Assembly: GCA_045159875.1 (NCBI GenBank)
Contig: CP067995.1
Coordinates: 2,994,179 to 3,058,178, forward strand
Direction of reading: 5' to 3'
DNA: 64,000 nucleotides
Source: a cyanobacterium endosymbiont of Rhopalodia gibba
GTDB taxonomy: Bacteria; Cyanobacteriota; Cyanobacteriia; Cyanobacteriales; Microcystaceae
Shown piece after piece: positions 1 to 11,997 of the stretch. The position numbers and the translations under genes were made by a program. The notes under the pieces are model-generated. The model worked only from the letters and a program-made list of their open reading frames with translations, ran no database searches and was not told the DNA's origin. Within the stretch, counting starts at the first letter, position 1, and the number at the start of each line of letters is the position of its first letter.

Positions 1-422
1 TCTAATAATAAGAAAATATTGGTTGATTATGTAGCAAAACTTTACTAAAAAATGTCAATATAATGTAAAAATAAAATGATTAAAAATACTTTTATGTCAA
101 TTCAATATAACAGTTATTAGATTATATAATCTAACGATTTAGACATAAAATATTATATAAGAACTCAAAAGTAATTAATTATTAGAATTTATCAATATCT
201 TAACTATAAAACAGTATTATAACTAGAGCATTATCAATCGATAAATATTCTAAAAAAGGGTCATAATATCTAGGTAATTATTTTTTCAGGAGTGTGAAAC
301 ATTCGTAAACTAACTAAAATGTCTTAGGAGAGTCCGATCTCTGAGTTATTAAAGAGATGGAGACATTAAGAACCTAAGCTGTTCTGTTGAGCAAAAAATT
401 CCTAACGATGATTTGGAAACAA

Positions 423-455
423 TCCCCCACTGGAATCACAGATCTTAGTGGGGGA
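423..455 (-). terminator. Stem-loop just downstream of the RHH gene, probable terminator
   Basis: TCCCCCACT (423-431) pairs with AGTGGGGGA (447-455), 5 nt from the stop of the 461..829 gene. Confidence 0.5.
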
Positions 456-460
456 GTATG

Positions 461-829
461 TTAATGATTAGTGATACTCTCTATACTTAAAGGGACTAAA
501 TCTCCGTGAATGGTCAATCCCAATAACATAAGTTCGTTCTCTGGAATTAGTTTACCTGTGAGAACACAGCTTTCATCTTTTCTAGCAGAGGCTTCGATAG
601 TAGCACGAATATCCATTTTAGAAAATTGAGGTCGGTAATCTCCCGATTTCTGTTGCACATAGTTCCAAAGAATATCTCTGATCAATGCTTGATAACCCTG
701 ATTTCCTGCTAATTCTTTGAGTTTTTGTTTTAAAGTTCGTTCTAAGCGAATACTGGTAACTTCCATCTCGGTTGTCGAAGTCCGTGGAAGGGTTCGCATA
801 ATGTTGGTCTCCAAAAAGTGCGGATGCAT
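461..829 (-). CDS. Cyanobacterial ribbon-helix-helix (CopG-like) domain protein, putative regulator; start may be the second Met (MRTLPRT)
   Basis: MEVTSIRLERTLKQKLKELAGNQGYQALIRDILWNYV fits the strand-helix-helix RHH pattern; intact ORF with coding-like GC. Confidence 0.75.
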   Translation of the reverse strand: MHPHFLETNIMRTLPRTSTTEMEVTSIRLERTLKQKLKELAGNQGYQALIRDILWNYVQQKSGDYRPQFSKMDIRATIEASARKDESCVLTGKLIPENELMLLGLTIHGDLVPLSIESITNH

Positions 830-1719
830 GTGCTACAAGTGTATATGACTACCCTATTGACAAACAAGTGGAAGTTATGAATCAAAAATCATATCGGAAT
901 ATGTACTTTTTGGTACGGATAAAGTGATCGCTATATATTAGGTTCACTCAAAACCTTTTAATGATTACTAAATATTATCTATAGTCAAAGGACTAAAGTT
1001 TAGTTTAAATTGTTTAAAATAAATAAAATTATAGTTGGCTTTAAGAGCTATTATTTTAGCATTTGATGCCAGTTATATGTAAATTATATTACTATAAAAC
1101 TTCAAATTGAGAAAGGTTGACAAAATATTAAAAAGTAGAATTAAGATCACCGTATGTTGTAAAATTATTGATCCTATATTATCATTTTACAACTTATTTT
1201 AATCTCAATAAACTAACAATTTATCTTAAATCAAAGAACTAGATTTTTACTGACTTAATTTAACTTTTATTTTTTTTGAAAAGATAACTTTTGAAATTAA
1301 ATACCTTTGTTCTATTAATAGCTGCGATATTATTTTTGAATAAACAATTATCTTATACTCATATAATATCAGTTTTGCTCCCTTTATTTTTGACGATTAT
1401 TTTGTGTTTTATTCACTCTGTATTTAGGTTCATATATTTCGGCATTTTAGCTTTGCTTAAGATTTTTTTAAATCACAAGTTAAGACTAATAGTATTTACT
1501 CTAAAACGACCTCTAGAAAAGCGTAATTGTTGCTAAGTTTTTTTCTAGAATTTATTAAATTTGTAATTGTTATTTAATCTTATTTCAGTAAAAATATCAT
1601 TTTTTAGCACTTACTTGTGTTTGGCAAACTTCTATTAGGTTCAAGAGTTAACTTGAATCTAATTAAAATTAAATGGATGGATAAGGTCCATGTATTCTAG
1701 GTATTTTTTACTAATTTAA

Positions 1720-2040
1720 TAAGAAGTCACTGAAGTGATTATTTGAGGTGATTGTTAGTTCTTATATAAGCATGGATTAATGGATATAGTTATTACCTAT
1801 TAATCCATGCTTATATTCCTAGTGATGGCCAACATTTAGCACCTATCTTTATAATTTGCAACAAATTTATTTAGTTTCTCTTTCTGACTTCAACAAAAAA
1901 ATGAGTTAAAATTAATCTTACTTAAGCGGTGATGAAAATTATATAGCCTATATTTCCGCTGAACGAAGTAAGATTTTATAGATTATAATCTTCTGTATCA
2001 ACGTTCAGAGCTTAATTGGTGCTAATAGTTGAGGTTTTGT
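1720..2040 (+). pseudogene. Remnant of a TolB-like / PD40 beta-propeller protein
   Basis: Broken frames give AYIPSDGQHLA, LVSLSDFNKK and SGDENYIAYISAERSK, resembling the repeated S.DGRY(L/I)A(F/Y).S.(E)RG motif; boundaries approximate. Confidence 0.5.
1764..1816. repeat. Perfect 18-bp inverted repeat, 17-nt spacer
   Basis: ATATAAGCATGGATTAAT / ATTAATCCATGCTTATAT. Confidence 0.95.
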
Positions 2041-3176
2041 TAGATAACTAACTATTAGTGCTAATGAAAGAAAAGTAACTTTTTAAACTATTTAATTAGG
2101 GCAGTAAAATATTGTAAATGCAATTTAAAAAATAAATTCTATGACTTTAGCATATTACCGAATTTAGCTTAATATAAATAAATATTTTTTAATATTTTTA
2201 TTCGATTATTTTTTATATGTTTAAATATGTATAATTTGTACTTTTTAAAAAATGTTATTTCTATATAAATAAGCTATTTTATTTTGCTTAAAATCATAAT
2301 TAAATTAAAAACTAATAGATACCTTAATCTTATTTAATATTTTTTATTAAGCTAAAAAATTGTTTTAAAGTTTCTTGTTTTATTGTTTTACAATTAACTA
2401 TAAATTTGAAATATTCTAGCTCTATTTCAATAAATGCAAGTATTCTTTTATACTGTCTTAATAGCCTTTTAGCGTAAATTTTAACTCTAAAATATTAGAA
2501 TAATTAATAGCAATTACTTAATTATTTTTTTTACAAAAAAAGCTGCACTACTATTTTTAAATAGTGCTATAGTTACTACTATTTTAGCCTGTTATATTAA
2601 CGTATTTAAAGTATTTTACGATTTTTTTTTTATTTTAATTAAAACCTTTTTAGGCAAAGTTTATAGTTATTTTACTATCGTGCCAAATTTTCTTGTTTAT
2701 ATAATTTTTACACTCACTACTGTACATAAATCTACTAGTACTACATAATAATTTTTTTATTCTTAAATTACAGCAATTTTATCAATTGCTAACTTTTTTA
2801 ATGTCTAAAATATTTTATCTATATTTTTTGAATTTAAATCTCAAAGATTTAAATAGTTTATTTTTTTTCACCTTATTACTTGTTTTATTCATAATGTTGA
2901 TAGTTGATGCTTTCTAAAAATTAATTTTGAAGGAGATGCTTTTCTCTACTCTAGGAAAACTAACGCTATGATAGTTATTTTATGATTTTAATGAAATTTT
3001 CTAGTAGTCAGATTCTAATAAATACTAGTTTATTTTTATCTCATTTGAAATCTAATAATGGGGAATGGTCAGTTCTATTAAGTCAAGAATCTTATCCATT
3101 AAACTAAGTTAAACATTTTAACTGCTAGATATAAATTAAATGAAATTTTAAATTTAAAATAATTTAATCTAAACAA

Positions 3177-3217
3177 AAAATCCGCTGTTATATGTTATGC
3201 ACATAACAGCGGATTTT
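3177..3217. repeat. Perfect 15-bp inverted repeat, resembling a bidirectional terminator but with no adjacent intact gene end
   Basis: AAAATCCGCTGTTAT / ATAACAGCGGATTTT. Confidence 0.9.
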
Positions 3218-3609
3218 AATCTATTATTATGAGTCAATTTATGATATGATTTATGTCTTCATGACAGAAAAAAATATCATTCTAATTAAACTAGAGTTTG
3301 ATGAAATAGATAATTAATGTGTTTTTTAAAGTTAAAATATCGAAAAATATATGGCTTAGAATTGGAGGATTTAACCATTTGTTTGATTTTGAACCTTCTT
3401 CACAAAGCTTCAGTAATCACACTAATAAAATGATTGAAGCCTATAATACTAAAGGTGACTTGATAACTGTACGTATTATAAAAATAATAAATTAAATCCT
3501 CTAAATTGAAATAATTGATGTTACCAGGACCTAGATTGATCCATTGTTAAGTTATAATGCTCGAACTACGTTAGTAGATAATAATTAACTTTACTTAATC
3601 AAACGATAG

Positions 3610-3837
3610 ATGACTATTCAAACGCTTACTTGTTCGTCTTTACCCGACTATCAGACCCCTATTAGTTCCTCAACTCAGCCGCGGTCACAAACAAAGATAG
3701 AATCAAATTCAGTAAGAAAACTGAGCAAATTCTATCAAGCAATACAGCAACTCCAATATTTGCATCTAGAAGCCGAAATTAATGTTCTTCTACAAGAGTT
3801 ACAGGCCATGAAGCAAAATAATCGAATGGAGAGTTAA
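3610..3837 (+). CDS. Small hypothetical protein with C-terminal coiled-coil-like segment
   Basis: 75 aa ATG ORF, higher GC than its flanks, ends at a terminator-like hairpin; QQLQYLHLEAEINVLLQELQ resembles small cyanobacterial hypotheticals. Confidence 0.6.
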   Translation: MTIQTLTCSSLPDYQTPISSSTQPRSQTKIESNSVRKLSKFYQAIQQLQYLHLEAEINVLLQELQAMKQNNRMES

Positions 3838-3847
3838 TCCTAATCAG

Positions 3848-3872
3848 AAAGGCGATCAATCTGATCGCCTTT
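3848..3872. terminator. Bidirectional intrinsic terminator between converging genes
   Basis: AAAGGCGATCA-atc-TGATCGCCTTT between the stops of 3610..3837 (+) and rpe (-). Confidence 0.75.
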
Positions 3873-3916
3873 TATCATTTTTGAGGACATACAAGCATGA
3901 ACTCAAACCTTACAGG

Positions 3917-4618
3917 TTAAACTGCTGCTAATTCTGGCTGAGGACGCTTGCTGTTTCGAATTTTTTCAATGGCTTCGTCATAACTGGGAGCTTTAAATAT
4001 CGCTGACCCGGCAACAATAGCGTTAGCACCTGCTTCTAACACTTGCCAAGTATTGTCTGGTTTTAAACCTCCATCAACTTCAATCCAAGGATCTAGTCCG
4101 CGCTCATCACACATCTGACGGAGTGTACTAATTTTGCTTACCATTTCGGGAATAAAGCTTTGACCGCCAAATCCCGGATTAACACTCATAATCAGTACCA
4201 AGTCACATAGTTCCAAGACGTACTCGATTAAGTTTAAGGGAGTAGAAGGATTAAGAACTACGCCAGCTTTTTTACCTAATTCTCGAATTTGTCCTAGGGT
4301 ACGGTGTAAGTGAGGGGAAGCGTTATGTTCGGCATGAACAGAAATGATATCAGCACCAGCTTGGGCAAAATCAGCAACATATTTTTCAGGTTCAACAATC
4401 ATTAAGTGAACGTCCAAAGGCTTGTTAGTGTATGGACGAATCGCCTTAATAACCAGTGGACCAATAGTGATGTTAGGGACAAAACGACCGTCCATGACAT
4501 CAACATGAATCCAATCAGCTCCTGCTTTGTCTACAGCTCGGACTTCTTCTCCTAGAAGACTAAAGTCAGCTGAGAGAATGGAAGGGGAAATTACGATGGA
4601 TTTAGTAGATTGGCTCAT
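3917..4618 (-). CDS. rpe: Ribulose-phosphate 3-epimerase
   Basis: [37 protein letters not shown] and VDGG motifs. Confidence 0.98.
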   Translation of the reverse strand: MSQSTKSIVISPSILSADFSLLGEEVRAVDKAGADWIHVDVMDGRFVPNITIGPLVIKAIRPYTNKPLDVHLMIVEPEKYVADFAQAGADIISVHAEHNASPHLHRTLGQIRELGKKAGVVLNPSTPLNLIEYVLELCDLVLIMSVNPGFGGQSFIPEMVSKISTLRQMCDERGLDPWIEVDGGLKPDNTWQVLEAGANAIVAGSAIFKAPSYDEAIEKIRNSKRPQPELAAV

Positions 4619-6331
4619 AACTGTGGAATGTTCTCCGATGGCTCACTTGTGACATTAATATTAACAAAGTCCTTAAGATTTCCCTAATCATGATCTGTGT
4701 AGATAACTAAAATTGTTCAATTTCATCTCGGGTTAACTTTAGGCTTGAAATTAATTATAAATCTTACTAATTAGCCAACTGAGGATTATACCTAAAAACA
4801 GAAAAATGATCGCTAGACTACATGGAAGTTGCAATAATTTATATTGTTAACTGAAATCAAGAAGGATATTTACTGAATATGCAATTATTGTCACAGCTAA
4901 TTAAAGAATAATAAAAAATATATCAGCCACTAAAAATTGCTTTAATCAAATAAGAATAGTTACTTTTATTATTCCTGTTTATATTATTGTAATTCGATAA
5001 TATTTCTTAGAATTTTCAGTTCATTAAATAATTTAAAAGCTAAATAACAATAAAAATCATTAACCTAGTTAATCTAGTTTAGGACTGGACAATTATGTAT
5101 CCCAAAAAAAGTACTTTTAACTTAAAACATATTAACTATAAAATATTAACTATAATTTATTTCGATAAAATTGAGGTTATTTTTAGTTTTAAAATAAAGA
5201 CATAAAAATTAATTATTTTATGCTATACTAATTGTCTTTTTTTTCAAAATTATTTAAGTTATAAATAAAAATGTATATAATTTATATATATTTTTATTTG
5301 TATAAAAATTGTTTAAGATTAAAGTTTAATTGCCTAAAGTATCAACTAGCTTCTCGACAAGAATCTCTAAAAAATCTTGTAATTAGACATTTCAAGCATA
5401 ACTTCATTTGAAAAAGTTTATTTTTTCTGCTGAGATTTAAATTAATATATAGTCTTAAATTGTCTAGCAAGAGTAATGTTATTAAACAAGACTATAACTC
5501 CTGTTCTAATACTTAGTAGAAATAGACAGTAACAGGTAATAATTGTTTATGTTCATTTTTAAAAAATTTATTTTTTGCCAGAAAAACTTATAGTAAATTC
5601 AGTTTTCAATACTCTCCTAGAGAGAATCTAATTTAGATAATTTTGTTCAAGGAGATGGAATAGTAGTTTGAGTTAGTTCACATTAAATTAATTTAGCCTT
5701 GTACTATACAAATCGCATTATTTAACATAGTTAAGGTGACTACTATCAAAGATAATCGTCCTTTAGAAATTAAACTTAAATAACTGAGAGTCTTTGATAA
5801 AAACTTATTTTTGGTTAGGGTTAGTTAAAATATCTAATCATAAAGAGAGAAAAAAGATATTCTCCCTGACCTTCTAGAAGAAATATGATAAATTAGTAGC
5901 TAATAATTCCCAATTTTTCATTAAAAATATATTTTTTAGCTGTTGCATTTTAACATCTTGTTACAGCTAGTTCAGAATATTTTTTTAAAAATTAGTTCTT
6001 TTTATAGAAAAAAAAATATTATCTTTCTCATAAGATATCTCTAATTTAAAAAATAAGTATTGTGAAAATAAAACCAATAATTTTTCCTTGAAAGAACTAA
6101 TCACTATTGTATATTTAATTTTATTAGTTGTAATACACTAAAAAATTGAAATATTATTTACTAATATAAAGACAAAGAAAGAATCGTTACTTTTATTTAC
6201 TTAAAAAGTAACGTCAACTATTATTTTGGATAATTAAGAATCCAATAAGAATTAATAAATAACAGAATACAAATAATATTTATATTGTTAAAATTACTGG
6301 TATAAAATAAATAAATTTAAATTAATTTGAC

Positions 6332-6371
6332 TCTATCACTCTTTATCTTAGTTAAGATAAAGAGTGATAGA
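6332..6371. repeat. Perfect 19-bp inverted repeat, 2-nt spacer
   Basis: TCTATCACTCTTTATCTTA-gt-TAAGATAAAGAGTGATAGA. Confidence 0.95.
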
Positions 6372-6463
6372 AAAACTTTTACTATTTGAGGATAAATATG
6401 AATAAATATAGCTATTTTTAACCATAAAAAGCTACTAAAAATAAATATTTTATGGTATTTTTT

Positions 6464-6495
6464 AAAGTTCTATTTTTTTTAAAAAATAGAACTTT
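6464..6495. repeat. Perfect 15-bp inverted repeat, 2-nt spacer
   Basis: AAAGTTCTATTTTTT-tt-AAAAAATAGAACTTT. Confidence 0.85.
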
Positions 6496-8168
6496 TTATT
6501 ACTTTAAGAAATATTTTTTATTCTTTATACTATTAAATTTAAAATTATTAGCTCGTCACGATTACCTAAGCAGTAAAAGATTATTATCCTTTTAACTTTG
6601 ATATTAATCATACTAATATTAGTGAATAGTTTAGGCGACTATTTATACCGCAAATTTATTTAACTTCTGCAAAAAATTAATTATTACTATGAAGTCATTA
6701 TTACTTATTGTACTTATCTTGAAGCTGGAATTATTTAAGTTAAACTTGTAAGTTTATTCTCAATTAAACTTAGAATGACTCATGTCATAAAAAATAAATA
6801 ACCTGAAATAGTAGACAAATTAATAATATTTATTTTTGATTTAATTAACTCATATGTATTAGCTACTTGTCCTGTATATAATAAAAAGTAAAATATATAT
6901 CTGAAATTAGCCATAGAATTATTGAGAGAATCGACTAGTCGGATATAAGAAGGAGATTTACTTATTTCTAGTAGAATATTTTAGAGACAAAAATATAAAT
7001 TTTATGGTAAAGTATTAAAAATATTGTTAAATGTAACTCTTAAAATCATGGAAATTGACAAATCAGAAAAAGTTTTAGTAAACTGCTTAGTTTCTCTTGA
7101 AATTAATTGATTTTATCTCAAAATTCATTTCTAATTTACTGATTCAAATTTATTGTCGTAGGCAATAGCGATGAAGTCACTTATATCGAGCTATTCCCTA
7201 TAATTTTGGAGTTTGAAGTTAAACTAATTATATCTAAATTTGATTGACATTCTCAATGTCTTGAAAGGTGACAATCACAACCGCTATTGGCTATCGAACA
7301 TGTGTTTTTTTTATAAACGAAGTTTGGGGAAAGACAAAAATTAGACTAGTCTGTACCTAAAAATATACTTCTTTATTCCTTAAAATAACTAGAGAAATTT
7401 TATATTGTTGTAATTATTTAATTAAGTTTCTATTATGATTCTTGGGTTCATTTAAATTAAAATTAATTGCAATAGCTTAAGCGTAAAACTATATAGATTA
7501 TAAATAGCTTTTCAGCTTATTCAGACAATTATCTCTGTTAAATGAACAATAATCTTTATTATGCTTAATTTTACTAGATTTAGTGTAATTTCGATTATTT
7601 TCTGATAGCGGTTTAATTTTTTTAAAAAATTTACTTATATAAAAATTAGAGTTAATTCTGAGTGCTTATTAATAAGATATAATGACTTTTCAAGAACGCC
7701 TTAATCGTCCTAGTAATATAACTCAATTATATAAAATTTTTAACAATAAATATTAATTATGATAACTTTATCAAAAAAATGATTTCTACAAAAAAAAAGC
7801 TGTTATAACTAGTTAATTAGTATTTTTATTCTCAGCCAAGAAAATTAGAAATTACTCATGATAATTTTCTTTATTGTAAATTTAGTTGATAAGTTGAGTA
7901 ATAATTTTTTTGTAAAAACTTTAAAAATAGATTGTTTTCACACCGAAAGTAAATAAATTAAAGGAGGTTATTATAAATGGTAATATCTAAAAGTGAGATA
8001 TAAAAAATTAACGTAAATTTTATTTATTTTCAACTACTTATTTTGCCGTAAACTATCTTCTTAGATACAATCCATTTCTTTTCTTAGTGTCTTTTAAGCC
8101 CTAAAATGTCTTAACTAACCACTTGATCAATTAGGACTTTTGAATTTATGGAGAAAATTAATCTTAAA

Positions 8169-9093
8169 TTATTCAACTAATCTTTGTCCACGATTATAAA
8201 GTTCACGAGCATAATCAGTCCAAGTTCCCTGTCCCCAATAGCGAAAATAACTAGTTTCCACTAATAAGGTATAGAGTAACGCCTCCTGATATTCGACAGT
8301 TTTAGTGACACAAAGATCTTGTTGGACTAAAAAATCTGATTTTCACAGAAAATCAGTACTGAGTCGATTCATAGGTTTTAAAACGTTTTCGTAGCCATTA
8401 ACCCAACTTAAATTGTCAGTCCAAGAAGCCCCATCTATGTGAGACCGACAATCAGTGACTTGTAACTCTTCAATAGCTTTAGCAACTGACTCCGGAGTGA
8501 CATTATTTAGGTCAATCTTGTTCCAAATTTTGTGTTGTCCTACCGCTTGACAAGTGGGATAATCGTCAGAGTTGAGCCCTGTCGTTTTAAGGAGTTCAAT
8601 ATATCATTCAATGCCTTTGAAGCCGACGACATCCCCTTCTTCTTTGATTTGGTTCCAAACAGGGTTAAATTTATTGGGAAACTCATTCATCATGACTTCA
8701 CCATTTTCCCCGTCAGCAATTTGTAAAACACAATAAGGAATCTCAATATCTCTAATTTTATACCGTTCCCGTGATTTGGCTTCATAATAGGGCTGCATTT
8801 GAGCAAAGAGTTTAGTGTCAGACCCTTGGGTTTTAATCAAGGCGGTAATGCTAATGGTTTCTCCGTAGGAATTACGCGCTACTAAACAGTTAGGAATGTA
8901 TTTATCATTCTCATGATGGTATAAATTTTTCCCGTCTAACCGTTCTACTGAGTTTTCTTGCACCAGTAACTAACGATAACCGCATTCTTTAAGGGCTTTT
9001 ATATATTCAAAAAGAGTATAGGGGTTGTTGGGGAGGTGCATTTCCGGTGGTGAGAAGCCTTTTACCCGCTTGAGGGCATCATAACCGAAAATT
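8169..9093 (-). pseudogene. Glycoside hydrolase family 57-type protein, 5'-truncated pseudogene
   Basis: Reads IFGYDALKRVKGFSPPEMHLPN..GYR*LLVQE..QIADGENG.VMMNEFP..GIE*YIELL..GASWTDNLSWVNGYENVL..FRYWGQGTWTDYARELY; two in-frame stops and a frameshift near 8340; ORF 8604..8963 is one fragment. Confidence 0.8.
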
Positions 9094-9618
9094 TTGGTAG
9101 ATTCGAAATCCGAGATAAACGACTTTATAATAATTGTTATATTGCTCTTATAAAGAGGTAGTTAATCCTATAAACAGTCAAAATATTAAAAATACATAAA
9201 ACTACTAAAACTACTAAAAATTTTATCTAATTTATCCCAGTTATTTTAAAATCTATTGTTATAGAAATAAGTTAAATGAATAATTTAAAAGTGTTAGTCT
9301 TATTCTTATTAAATTCTATCCTCTTATGTATTTTTTTTATAAAAATATGGTTACTGTAATCTTAAAAGTATTGTAATTCATGATTTTTCTCTCTTGTTTA
9401 TTAGAATTTTGTCACAGCTAGCCTAGAAGAGCTTTAGTCATTTAAGTTAATTAACTTTTATGCTCTAACCATCATAGTTTATAGTAGTTTCTTTTAATTT
9501 ATTTTTGTCTATCTAAGATTCTATCTTCTTTATTACTTAAAAATAGTAATAACCACCCTTATTAGGAAGAAGTTAATGATTTTAGATAATTATCTTAACT
9601 ACGTCACATTTATTTCTT

Positions 9619-10236
9619 CTAACGCACAAAACTGCTAATCAACCAAAACATAACAAATGTAACAATGCCTATTAGCTTATCTGACTCTAAAGAAATATTA
9701 AAATTAGCACTACTGAGCAAACTAATAACAGCTGTTCCTGACCCTACACCGATTAATAAGCCAATGATAGTTATAAAAAAAGCCCTTACAAACTTTTGCT
9801 CTTTACGATTGAGAAAATAGATATTTGCAAAAACTCCTAACACCAAAATAAAAGGAATTTTACTGGAAGATATAACGATAACAAAGGTGGCTAAAGTTGC
9901 GAATATCCCAGTCGTCCAAAGAATATCATTAGAAGATGGTATATCAATAAAACTTTGTAACCACGGAAGAGAATCATCCAAGGATAAGGAAAGAGGAGGT
10001 GACGGTATTTCTAGTGATTTTTCTGGGAAACGGATACGATCTGGTACTTTAATTTTTCCTTCTTGTCTCATTCTAAGACGCTCCATAATAATGGCATCAT
10101 AAGCCACTTCAATATTTTCAACTACTTTATTATCTTCACGATACTTTTGACTCAAACGATTTTTAGCTTCTTGGATTTCTTCAAATGAGGCTGAATCATT
10201 AATTCCCAGGACCTCATAGGGACTTTGTTCACTCAT
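9619..10236 (-). CDS. CPP1-like family protein (J-like domain plus transmembrane segments)
   Basis: SPYEVLGI..ASFEEIQEAKNRL..IEVAYDAIIMERLRMRQEGKIKVPDRIRFPE followed by hydrophobic helices. Confidence 0.85.
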   Translation of the reverse strand: MSEQSPYEVLGINDSASFEEIQEAKNRLSQKYREDNKVVENIEVAYDAIIMERLRMRQEGKIKVPDRIRFPEKSLEIPSPPLSLSLDDSLPWLQSFIDIPSSNDILWTTGIFATLATFVIVISSSKIPFILVLGVFANIYFLNRKEQKFVRAFFITIIGLLIGVGSGTAVISLLSSANFNISLESDKLIGIVTFVMFWLISSFVR

Positions 10237-10311
10237 CTAAAATTTCCTCTTAGAACATTTCTCTAGCTTATTCAAGCTACTCAACAAATTAGACGACAAT
10301 TTTTTGATTGT

Positions 10312-10602
10312 CTATTCTTTTTGCGTATTATTAATCGTCTCTTTTGTAAGATTCTTTAAAGAAGATGGTTTGTCTGCCGTATTCTCCTCTAATTGGGCTT
10401 TCATTGTGACAGAATTTTCCAATTTTTGGGCTTCATGCTTAAACTCATGTTCAAACTCTTTAGAGGCTTCTTGGAAGCCTCTAATAGCTTTGCCTAAACT
10501 CCGTCCAATTTCTGGCAATTTCTTAGGTCCGAAAATTAATAAGGAAATCGCAAAAATCAATGCCATTTCTGGGAGTCCAATACCAAAAATATTCATAAAC
10601 AT
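10312..10602 (-). CDS. tatA: Twin-arginine translocase TatA/E subunit
   Basis: FGIGLPEMALIFAISLLIFGPKKLPEIGRSLGKAIRGFQ. Confidence 0.95.
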   Translation of the reverse strand: MFMNIFGIGLPEMALIFAISLLIFGPKKLPEIGRSLGKAIRGFQEASKEFEHEFKHEAQKLENSVTMKAQLEENTADKPSSLKNLTKETINNTQKE

Positions 10603-10899
10603 TTCTCTCCATTAGTTAATGACTATTATTAATCTGTGAAGAGTACCAACACTCTTACTGTTATCCTAAGCTAACTGATTTAGCAGAATATTAAATAATA
10701 ACTTTAAAAAAACGATAAATAGGAAAAAGTCAAGATAAAAAATTTATATTTCTAAGAGACACGATTAAATGTCAGTTAAGCTCTACTTTTCTTCTATTAA
10801 CTCAATGATAAGTTATTAGCTAACCGTTAGCCTATTAAATTCATAGAGCTTTACACTAAAAATAACTAATAACCCATAGATTGCAATTGAGACTAATTT

Positions 10900-11076
10900 T
10901 CTTAGTTTACAGTAAATTTTTAGATAATTAGGAAAAGATTGTAATTTTACAGGATGATTAGCAGAAAGATCAAAGATAAACTCACTATGACGAGCGATTT
11001 TCCAAGCATCAACCATCTTTCTGAACTCAGAGCCAAGTAATCTGAGCGAATCTATTAACCTAGTATGCTGTGCCAT
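10900..11076 (-). pseudogene. psbH: Photosystem II PsbH pseudogene
   Basis: MAQHTRLIDSLRLLGSEFRKMVDAW (cf. [25 protein letters not shown]), then after a frameshift SLIFLLIIL*NYNLFLII (cf. FLVFLLIILQIYNSSLIL); upstream of tatA as in the usual psbH-tatA order. Confidence 0.9.
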
Positions 11077-11164
11077 AAACGATAAATCCCGTCTCTAAAT
11101 CTAAAAATGTTGTCTGTTCCCTTTTAATTGAGTATATTCCACTATAATCGCACATCAGAGACTA

Positions 11165-11290
11165 CTGGTTTACTCAATTCTCTTAACCATTTCTACCCTT
11201 GAAGCAGTTAGTTACGGGCAAGTGTTTCCCAGTTGTTTAGTTAATTAATCCTAGTCTTAAAACCCCTTACGACATTGTTAACAAGTGGCT
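11165..11290 (+). pseudogene. psbN: Possible psbN remnant, divergent from psbH
   Basis: Position, orientation and length fit the conserved psbN/psbH pair; weak residual similarity only (LVYSILLTIS..., LKTPYD vs L.DPF.D). Confidence 0.35.
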
Positions 11291-11462
11291 ATTTTAGCAT
11301 ACACTGGCTAGAAAACTGTCAACCGGGGCATAAATTTGACTAATTTAGGTCCTCTTTCTTTTTACTTCCGCAACACATTCAGTCTATTTTTATTGTGTAT
11401 CACGCTACGCTAATATTTTCTATAGTTTTCTTAAAATGTATTTTACAAAGCATCTCTAAGGC

Positions 11463-11939
11463 TTAAAAGTCTGACTGCTGAGAAGATGATGGCTCAGAAA
11501 AACTAGCAATTAATAAAAAAATAATCCCAAAGTTGATAAAAACATCAGCTAAATTAAAAACTGGAAACTGAATTAATCGAAAATCAAGAAAATCAACCAC
11601 GTATCCAAACCAAAAACGATCTATTCCATTTCCTAATGCTCCTGCTAGGATAAGTCCATAACCCAATTGTTCTGTAAATCTCATTTTATTCCCCCACCAA
11701 GCCAAAACCATTAAGCCCAAACTAACTCCCAACGAAAGCCAGCGTAGCCATCTCGCTCCTCCGGTAAAAAAACTAAACGCAGCTCCTGTGTTAATAACAT
11801 AGGTAAAATGGAATACTCCTGACCAGATATGGATAGTTTGTCCTAAATTTGTAAACCACTGAGTAACCCAATATTTAGTTATTTGATCAATTATTAAACC
11901 AGCTAGGCTAACCAGCCAAAAAAAACTGTTTTTTTTCAT
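11463..11939 (-). CDS. lspA: Lipoprotein signal peptidase II
   Basis: DQITK, NTGAAFS, GALGNGIDR, VVDFLD and FPVFNLAD motifs. Confidence 0.97.
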   Translation of the reverse strand: MKKNSFFWLVSLAGLIIDQITKYWVTQWFTNLGQTIHIWSGVFHFTYVINTGAAFSFFTGGARWLRWLSLGVSLGLMVLAWWGNKMRFTEQLGYGLILAGALGNGIDRFWFGYVVDFLDFRLIQFPVFNLADVFINFGIIFLLIASFSEPSSSQQSDF

Positions 11940-11997
11940 GTGCGCTTGCCATATTTAGGATAACTTTTAACCCTAATTTCTGCTCAAATGAAGTTTT

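Noticed and set aside
1291..1536. 81-aa hydrophobic ORF
   Set aside because: TTG start, F/L/I/K-rich composition typical of chance ORFs in AT-rich DNA, and no recognisable motif
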